Part shown: in pieces, positions 57,719-64,000 of the stretch
Layout: each line of letters starts with the position of its first letter
Position numbering within the stretch: position 1 is the first letter of the stretch
Assembly: GCA_963764505.1 (NCBI GenBank)
Contig: CAVXSP010000001.1
Span: forward strand, 3,316,614-3,380,613
DNA from: an uncultured Acidobacteriota bacterium
Lineage (GTDB): Bacteria > Acidobacteriota > Vicinamibacteria > Vicinamibacterales > SCN-69-37
Direction: 5' to 3'
DNA length: 64,000 bases
Notes under the pieces: generated by a model
Databases searched by the model: none
Told to the model about the DNA's origin: nothing
The model's input: only the letters and a program-made list of their open reading frames with translations
Translations under genes and position numbers: made by a program

Positions 57719-58868
57719 ATGTCGCGCCGCCATGCACTGGCTGCCCTGCCGATCCTGCTCCTCGCGGTTGGCGTCTGGCTCGCACAGCCCTACTTCAGAG
57801 CCGCCGCGCTGGTGCTCGATCTCACCGGCTCGACATCCTGGATCAGGCATCTGCTGCCGGTCGACGTGCGCCGCGTGGAGGCGCACGACCTCCAGGTCCC
57901 GACGCGCGATGGCCCGGTCGGCGCGCGCGTGTACAGGCCCGACGGCGGCGGCGCACGCACGGTCCTCGTATTCCCGGGCGTCCACGCGGGCGGTCTCGAC
58001 GAGCCGCGGCTCGACCGATTCGCACGACGCCTGGCGGCCACCGGACTGACGGTCGTCAGCGTCCCGTTGCCCGAACTGCGGCGATACCGGATCACGCCCG
58101 CCTCGACGGACATGATCGAGGACGCCGCCGGGTGGGTCGCCGCCGACGAGGCGCTCGCCCCGACGGGCCGGGTCACTCTCGCCGGCGTCAGCTTCGCGGG
58201 CGGACTGGCCGTCGTCGCGGCCGGCCGCCCGAGCCTGCGCGACAGAGTGGAGAGCGTCGTCGCGATCGGGGCGCACGCCGATCTGCCACAGGTCATGACC
58301 TATCTCTGTACCGGCCGGCTCCCGGACGGCGGAACGCTGCGCCCCCACGAGTACGGCATCGCCCTGATTCTGCTCGGCGCGCTGCCGGATTCTGGTGCCG
58401 GCCGGCGAGCTCGCACCCGCCCGCGCCGCCGTGCTTGCGTACCTCGACGCGTCGAGCCAGGAGAGCATCGACGTCGAACAGGCCGCGGCGATGCTGGCCG
58501 CGTCGCGGCGGAAGGCGGCCGAGGCGCCGGAGCCGGCGCGCGCGCTGCTCGCGCTCCTGTACGACCGCGATGTCGAGCGGCTCGGCGCCCGGCTCTTGCC
58601 GTACGTCGAACGACTGGGCGGCGCGCCCGCCCTCTCCCCCGTCCGGTCGCCCGCGCCGCTCGTTCCTGTGTTCCTGGTTCACGGCGAGACCGACAATGTC
58701 GTTCCGTCCTCGCAGACGCCTCGGCTCGCGGAGTACCTTCGATCCCGCGGAAACGGCCACGTCCACTGGCTGCTCACGCCGCTCCTCTCCCACGCCGACG
58801 TGCGAAGGCCCGCGACGATCGAGGCCTGGCGCGTGATCAGGTTCTGGCAGGAGCTGCTCGGTTCCTGA
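57719..58868 (+). pseudogene. Alpha/beta-hydrolase-fold protein (dienelactone-hydrolase-like), frame broken by a 1-nt insertion (possibly an assembly artefact)
   Basis: Hand-translated N-terminal part from ATG 57719: MSRRHALAALPILLLAVGVWLA...TVLVFPGVHAGG...VTLAGVSFAGGLAVVAA... . C-terminal part is ORF 58395..58868 (...VFLVHGETDNVVP...LLSHADV). Removing one T of GATTC 58388-58392 gives ...LGALPD|LVPAGELAPARAAVLAYLD..., 382 aa. Confidence 0.7.
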
Positions 58869-61800
58869 CGCGGCGTGCGCCCGCCCGCCGGGGCGCGGGC
58901 CGCCCGAATCTGGTTCAGGACCCGGACGACGTAGATCAGATCGACGCCCGTCGGATTGTTCTGCCGTGTCGTGTGCGATTCCTGCGCGCCCTGCGCGATC
59001 GACGTGACGAGACGGAGCAGCTGCGAGAAGCGGTATTCGAACGAGACGACGCTCACGTCCTCGGCGCCGAACTCCTGGCGCAGGCCGATGAACGCGCGCG
59101 ATCCGAGCTGGGTACCGAGCGACACCTCTGGCGCACCGCTCACGCCCTCAGCGCGAATCTCGAACAGGTCGAGATTCAGGGCGTTGCCCACCGACTCGGC
59201 GAGCGGCCCGGCAATCGCACCGAGCGCGAGACTGCCCGCGCGCTGTGCCAGGTTGACCCGCTGCGATTCGCCGAGCGAGTTCACCGGCTGCCCGAACACG
59301 ATCAGCGACAGGATGTCGCTCTGGTCGAGCGGCGGCCGGCTGGACAGTTGAATCTCCGGCGCACGCGCGGTCCCCTGCACCGCGACGATCGTGGTCACGC
59401 CGGTGATGTCACGGGTGGCCGAGACGTTCAGAGCCGGGTCGATCGGCTCGGTGCCGTGGAACTGCACTTCGCTGCCGCGCGCGATGTCGAAACGCCGGCC
59501 CTGAAAATCGTAGAACCCGCGCACGACGTCGACGCCGCCCACGACGGTGAGATTGCCCCCGGGCGCCTTCTGGAGGTGCAGCGTGCCGCCGACCGTGAGG
59601 TTGGTGCTGCCGAGACCGACCGTCGAGTTCTCCGAGAGCCGCAGGTCCCGGGCGCGCAATACGACGTTGTCCGGCAGGCGCAGCTGCACGTCGAGCCTGG
59701 CGTTCTCGTACGGTGTGCCGGAGAGGGTCTGCTCCGCCTGCGCCACCGGCGTGGAAGGCGCCGGCGGCGCCGCCTGCGCCGCGGGCGCGGCGACTGCCGC
59801 AGCGGTCTGCTCCAGCGGCGCCTCGGGCCGAGTCGAATACGACGATGCATTGAACTGGGCCAGGAGCGTGTCGATCTCGAATCGTCCGCGCTGCACGCGG
59901 AGCGACCCGCTCACGTCGATCTGGCGCAGGGCGCCCGTCGCCTTCAGGTCGGCGTCGAGATCGAGCTCCCCGAACTTGTTCCGCAGCAGATGGATCTCGT
60001 CGGCGACGACCCTCACGTTCAGGTTCTGGACCTGCCGCCCGCCGACGACGTCGGCGCCGCCTTCGATCCTGAGCGGATGATGATCGTCATCCTCGATGAC
60101 GAACTGATCGACTGCGACCCGATCGCCCTCGAACCGGAGGCGCGCCTGGCCGTTCGCGTACGAGACGCCCGTGGCCGGGAGCGAGAAGCCGGCGCCGTCG
60201 AGCGCGACCGTGCCCTCAAGACGCGGCGCGGTGAGCGTACCCGTGGCATGTACGTTGAACTGGCCCGTACCGGTCACGGCGTTCACCTCCGACGAGAGCG
60301 CGCCGAAGATGCCCAGGTCGATCGGCGTGCTCTCGACCTTCAGGTCGATCGGACGCGGCGCCGCACCCGCCCCGCTGCCCAGCGACACCGGAACGTATCC
60401 CGTGGCGGTCAACTGCGCGCCCGGCCGGACGTCGAGCGTCGCGTCCAGGTTCACGCGGCCGTCCTCGTACCCCGCGTCCGCCGTCAGGTTCTGGAACGTG
60501 GTGCCGTCGACGGCGCCGTCGGTGATCGTGAGATGCGACTCGATGGCGGGATTCGCGACCGTGCCCTGCACGTCGACGGTGCCGCTCAGCACGCCCGACA
60601 GGTTGCGGGTCCCGGAGAACAACTGATTCACGTCGCCGATCTGCACGGCGTCCGCCTTCACCGTCAGTCCCTCCGCCCGCGCGCCGGCGCCCGTCGTCAG
60701 CGCGCCGTTCACGGTCACCTGCTCCGGCCCTTTCGCGAGCGTCAGGTCCTGAACGCTGATCCGCCCGCCGCCGTACCGGACGACGGCCGGCTGCGCTTCG
60801 GGCAGCGACCACGCCTGGTCCGCCGTGGTGATCGCCAGCCGCCGCAGACGCACCTCGTCCTGCTCCGGCTGGACGAGGACCAGCCCGCTCAGCTCGAAGG
60901 TCCTGTCCTTCTGCTCGATCGTCGTATCGAGATCGAGACGATCCGCGTGGTACGTTGCCTTCGCGGTCATCTGCTGGACGTCCTGTCCCGCGATCTTGAC
61001 GAACGTCGCGGTCGTATCGACATGCGCCGAGACGTCGCTCCACTGCTGGTTGGCGACCTCGGCGCCGAACGTGCCGTTCACCGCCAGCGCGTCGAAGGAA
61101 GAGCCGTACCGGAACTGCCGCAGCCCGATGGATCCGCTCGCCGACAGATCCTCGGTCGGTCCCGTGATCGTGCCTTCGATATGGGCGCCGCCGGCAATCG
61201 GCTGGCCGATTCGACCGGCGACCGCTTGTACGCTCTGGGCATCCACCGTGAACGACAGGTCCGACGCCGCTTCGCCGCCGAGCGCCAGCACGCCCTGGGC
61301 GGTCGCATCGAGTTCGGCCCCCTTCGCGGAGAACTCCCGGATCCGCGCCGTCCCGCCGGCGAGGGCGGCGTCGACCGTCGCCTGATCGATGTCGTAGCCG
61401 GCCACCACCGATGGCCCGAGGGTCACGCGCCCGTCCGCCTCGATCGTGCCCAGTTCGATCGGGCCGCGCAGGTTCTCGAACACGACGCGCAGCCCGTCCG
61501 ACCGCCCGCTGAGATCGACCGGCGTCCCGGCCACTCCGACCAGTTGGCTGTCGATGTGCTCGAACGGACCGGAGAAGGTGACGACCAGCCTGCCGGACGC
61601 GAGCTGCGCACCCACGTCCGCCGAAGGCAGGTGCGCGCCGCCGATGGTCGAGTCACTCAGGCTCGCGTCGGCGTCGAGCGCCATGGCGTCGATGCTGCGT
61701 CCGTGGCCGGTCACGTGCACGTCGCCGGTGATGTCGCTCTTGAACCGGTCCTGCCGCAGCGCGACGATGTCGAGCGGTCGGGCCAGGCGCTGCAGGTCGA

Positions 61801-63079
61801 GATGTGCGAGGCGTCCCTGCAACTCGTACGACGGCACGCCGTCGCGCATGGCGGCATGGACGCGGGTGCCGTCGGCGATCTCCGCGCCTTCCAGCCTCGA
61901 TCGGTCGAGTCGGAGCGAGACCGCCCAGCTCGCAGGCCGGTAGGTGAACTGATACTCCCCGGCAAGCCGGCTCTCGAGCGGAGGGGCGCTGATGGCGTCG
62001 GGCAGGCTCCGCAGGTCGAGCCCGCTGAGCCGGCCCGACAAGGCGAGCGTGTTCGGACGATCGGCGACCGACGCCGAGCGCCATTCACCGCGCGCCGTCG
62101 CCCTGGCGCCGTACGCCGCGCCCGCGACATCGAGATGCAGCACGCCGTCCCGATAGCTGCCGCTTCCCTGCACGTCGGCGGCCTCGTACCCGAGCGCCGA
62201 CACCGCCGGCGCATTCACCTGGAACGATATCGTCGGATTCGCGCGCGCGGCGCTCGGGAGGGCGGCCTCGACCTGCACGGTTCCGGTGATGTCGCTCGTG
62301 AGGCTGTCGTTGGCCAGGACGGGCGCCAGATCGAGCGAGGCGAGCTGGAAGGTGCCGCGCAGCCGTCGGCCGTCCTGTGCCGGCGCGCCGGCGATCTTGC
62401 CGTCGAGGCTGCCGGCGCTCGTGCTCAGGTCGATCGCCGCGTGCAAATCGGCGTCCTCGCTCGTGTACGCGACGGTCCCCTTCTGCACCGACCAGCCGGT
62501 GTCCGCGTCCCGCATCGACAGGCGATCGACGTCGACCTTCAGTCCGGCAGCCGACGAGGAGAGCGCGAGGGAGGCGTTGAAATCGGCGAACTGCCTCGCC
62601 TCGAGGGACGCCGGCTTCACGCGCATCTGGCCGTCTTCGATCGACACGTGCTGGAACTGAATCGAGAGCGGCTTCCCGTTCGGGTTGGAGGGCTTCGTCA
62701 GACCCGCGACGTTCCACCCGCCCGGGCCCTGAACGATCGTGATGACGGGACGCACCAGCGTCAGCTGGTCGAAGACGAGGTGGCCGCGGATCAAGGTGAG
62801 CGGATCGTAGGCGAGGTGCACACGATCGACCCTCAGCACCGGCCCGACGGCCTGCGTGAGCGTGACGTTCTCGAGATCGACGCCCTTCCACAGGGAGCCC
62901 GTCAGCCGACCGATCGTCAGCTGCCCGTTGAGCGCCTCGTTCGCCCGGTTCACGGCAATGCGCCGCAGTCGGTCCTTGAACCAGGGCGTCTCCACGACGA
63001 TCGCGGACGTGGCAACCAGCAGGACGATGCCGATCGCGATCCCGAGTATCCAGCGTGCGACGCGACGGAGGGGCATCAC
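58679..63079 (-). CDS. tamB: Translocation and assembly module protein TamB (DUF490 family)
   Basis: 1466 aa. N-terminal anchor MMPLRRVARWILGIAIGIVLLVATSAIV, long beta-rich body, C-terminal DUF490-like ...FEYRFSQLLRLVTSIAQGAQ...GVDLIYVVRV. The last ~80 aa look non-native and overlap the convergent hydrolase gene. Confidence 0.8.
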   Translation of the reverse strand: MMPLRRVARWILGIAIGIVLLVATSAIVVETPWFKDRLRRIAVNRANEALNGQLTIGRLTGSLWKGVDLENVTLTQAVGPVLRVDRVHLAYDPLTLIRGHLVFDQLTLVRPVITIVQGPGGWNVAGLTKPSNPNGKPLSIQFQHVSIEDGQMRVKPASLEARQFADFNASLALSSSAAGLKVDVDRLSMRDADTGWSVQKGTVAYTSEDADLHAAIDLSTSAGSLDGKIAGAPAQDGRRLRGTFQLASLDLAPVLANDSLTSDITGTVQVEAALPSAARANPTISFQVNAPAVSALGYEAADVQGSGSYRDGVLHLDVAGAAYGARATARGEWRSASVADRPNTLALSGRLSGLDLRSLPDAISAPPLESRLAGEYQFTYRPASWAVSLRLDRSRLEGAEIADGTRVHAAMRDGVPSYELQGRLAHLDLQRLARPLDIVALRQDRFKSDITGDVHVTGHGRSIDAMALDADASLSDSTIGGAHLPSADVGAQLASGRLVVTFSGPFEHIDSQLVGVAGTPVDLSGRSDGLRVVFENLRGPIELGTIEADGRVTLGPSVVAGYDIDQATVDAALAGGTARIREFSAKGAELDATAQGVLALGGEAASDLSFTVDAQSVQAVAGRIGQPIAGGAHIEGTITGPTEDLSASGSIGLRQFRYGSSFDALAVNGTFGAEVANQQWSDVSAHVDTTATFVKIAGQDVQQMTAKATYHADRLDLDTTIEQKDRTFELSGLVLVQPEQDEVRLRRLAITTADQAWSLPEAQPAVVRYGGGRISVQDLTLAKGPEQVTVNGALTTGAGARAEGLTVKADAVQIGDVNQLFSGTRNLSGVLSGTVDVQGTVANPAIESHLTITDGAVDGTTFQNLTADAGYEDGRVNLDATLDVRPGAQLTATGYVPVSLGSGAGAAPRPIDLKVESTPIDLGIFGALSSEVNAVTGTGQFNVHATGTLTAPRLEGTVALDGAGFSLPATGVSYANGQARLRFEGDRVAVDQFVIEDDDHHPLRIEGGADVVGGRQVQNLNVRVVADEIHLLRNKFGELDLDADLKATGALRQIDVSGSLRVQRGRFEIDTLLAQFNASSYSTRPEAPLEQTAAAVAAPAAQAAPPAPSTPVAQAEQTLSGTPYENARLDVQLRLPDNVVLRARDLRLSENSTVGLGSTNLTVGGTLHLQKAPGGNLTVVGGVDVVRGFYDFQGRRFDIARGSEVQFHGTEPIDPALNVSATRDITGVTTIVAVQGTARAPEIQLSSRPPLDQSDILSLIVFGQPVNSLGESQRVNLAQRAGSLALGAIAGPLAESVGNALNLDLFEIRAEGVSGAPEVSLGTQLGSRAFIGLRQEFGAEDVSVVSFEYRFSQLLRLVTSIAQGAQESHTTRQNNPTGVDLIYVVRVLNQIRAARAPAGGRTPRQEPSSSCQNLITRQASIVAGLRTSAWERSGVSSQWTWPFPRDRRYSASRGVCEDGTTLSVSP

Positions 63080-63085
63080 CGCACC

Positions 63086-64000
63086 TCAGAAGGCCTGCCC
63101 GATGCTGAAGTGCAGCCGCCAGCGGCGCTTCTCCGGCACCCCATTGATCAAGAGGCCTGGAATGGGATTGAGCTGAAAGCCGAAATCGGCGCGGACCGGG
63201 CCGATCGGCGTGAGGTAACGAAGCCCCGGCCCGACGGCGTACCGCAGATCGCCGAAGCCGAAGTCGTTGCTGTCCGCGCCGACGCGGCCCGCATCGAGGA
63301 ATGCCACGCCCCGCAGCTTCCCGGAAATCGGAAAACGGATCTCGCTCGACAGCTCGAGCAGGCTTCGGCCGCCAATCGGCAGGCCCTGCGAGTCGAGCGG
63401 GCTGATCTCGAAGCGGCCCCAACCACGCACGCTCGTCGAGCCGCCGAGGAAGTACCTCGACGAGAACGGCATGTCGTCCACGCTCGCCGCGTAGAGCGAT
63501 CCGACCCGCCCGCGATTCGCCCACACGATCGAGCGTCCGAAGGGCAGGTAGTCGCGCCCTTCGGCCAGGACCTCCTGATAGTGGTAGGACCCGTGGAGGG
63601 CGCGCGCCGCGTCGAGCAGGTGCAGCGTCAGCTCCGTCCCGCTGTGCGGGTCCATCACGTCGTCGACCGCCGTGCGCTGGAGATCGATGTCGATCGCACC
63701 GAGCGTGCCCGAGGCGCGGCCGGTGTCCGGATTCAGTCCCAGGGCGATGCGTTGCGATCTCAGGGACAGGTCCCCGAGCGACTTGGTGATGCCGTAGCTC
63801 AGGTACTCGTTGATGAAGGCGACGCGGATCTCGCGATGGATCGGCTCCCGCGGCGCCAGCCCGGCATCCGAGTGATAGACCACCGTCGCCCGGCCCCCGA
63901 ACGTGTTGGTCGAGTACGTCAGCTGATTCGTCCGCCACGCCGTCCCGCTCAGATTGAAGGACAGGCCCCGGTGCATCAGGTAGGGCTCGAGAAACGTGAA
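63086..64000 (-). CDS. tamA: Omp85-family outer membrane protein (TamA/BamA-like), 5'-truncated by window end
   Basis: The frame stays open to position 64000 (…FTFLEPYLMHRGLSFNLSG…). C-terminal barrel ...FFLGGSTSVRGW...RWRLHFSIGQAF. Stop 6 nt before the tamB start. Confidence 0.8.
   Translation of the reverse strand, partial: FTFLEPYLMHRGLSFNLSGTAWRTNQLTYSTNTFGGRATVVYHSDAGLAPREPIHREIRVAFINEYLSYGITKSLGDLSLRSQRIALGLNPDTGRASGTLGAIDIDLQRTAVDDVMDPHSGTELTLHLLDAARALHGSYHYQEVLAEGRDYLPFGRSIVWANRGRVGSLYAASVDDMPFSSRYFLGGSTSVRGWGRFEISPLDSQGLPIGGRSLLELSSEIRFPISGKLRGVAFLDAGRVGADSNDFGFGDLRYAVGPGLRYLTPIGPVRADFGFQLNPIPGLLINGVPEKRRWRLHFSIGQAF

Overview
Very GC-rich, gene-dense bacterial chromosomal segment with about 60 protein genes. 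More than 80% are on the minus strand, and many are linked by 1-8 nt start/stop overlaps. Most of the content is housekeeping: lolD plus a permease, lysS, nusB-ribH, MTA/purine salvage, dnaK-dnaJ-hspR, PBP1A, prfB with its programmed +1 frameshift, lnt, argS, birA, valS, a split methylmalonyl-CoA mutase, gdh, cmk/rpsA/IHF and tamA-tamB. There is also acyl-CoA catabolism (three acyl-CoA dehydrogenases, a crotonase, a MeaB-epimerase fusion) and a CheB/CheR-PAS plus LuxR-type regulator signalling cluster. The VWFA 'acidobacterial-type' protein and the FecR/DUF6600-like protein suggest an Acidobacteriota-like origin; this is an inference, not a proof. I saw no rRNA, tRNA, CRISPR, transposase or prophage genes.

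The signals worth a second look are structural rather than a new gene cassette:
1. At least four unrelated genes are each broken by a single extra base that turns GATC into GATTC/GAATC. A fifth gene has an extra base next to GTAC.
2. A 39-nt palindromic element occurs once in the lysS leader and as a perfect 44-bp inverted pair covering the start of an rRNA methyltransferase gene.
3. The operon DnaJ carries HPG instead of the invariant HPD.
4. Intergenic hairpins are built from inverted arrays of 7-8 nt tandem repeats.
5. A promoter+SD-equipped Cys-rich small ORF is encoded by an 18-nt-period repeat.

All product calls come from reading motifs in the supplied translations. No database search was run.
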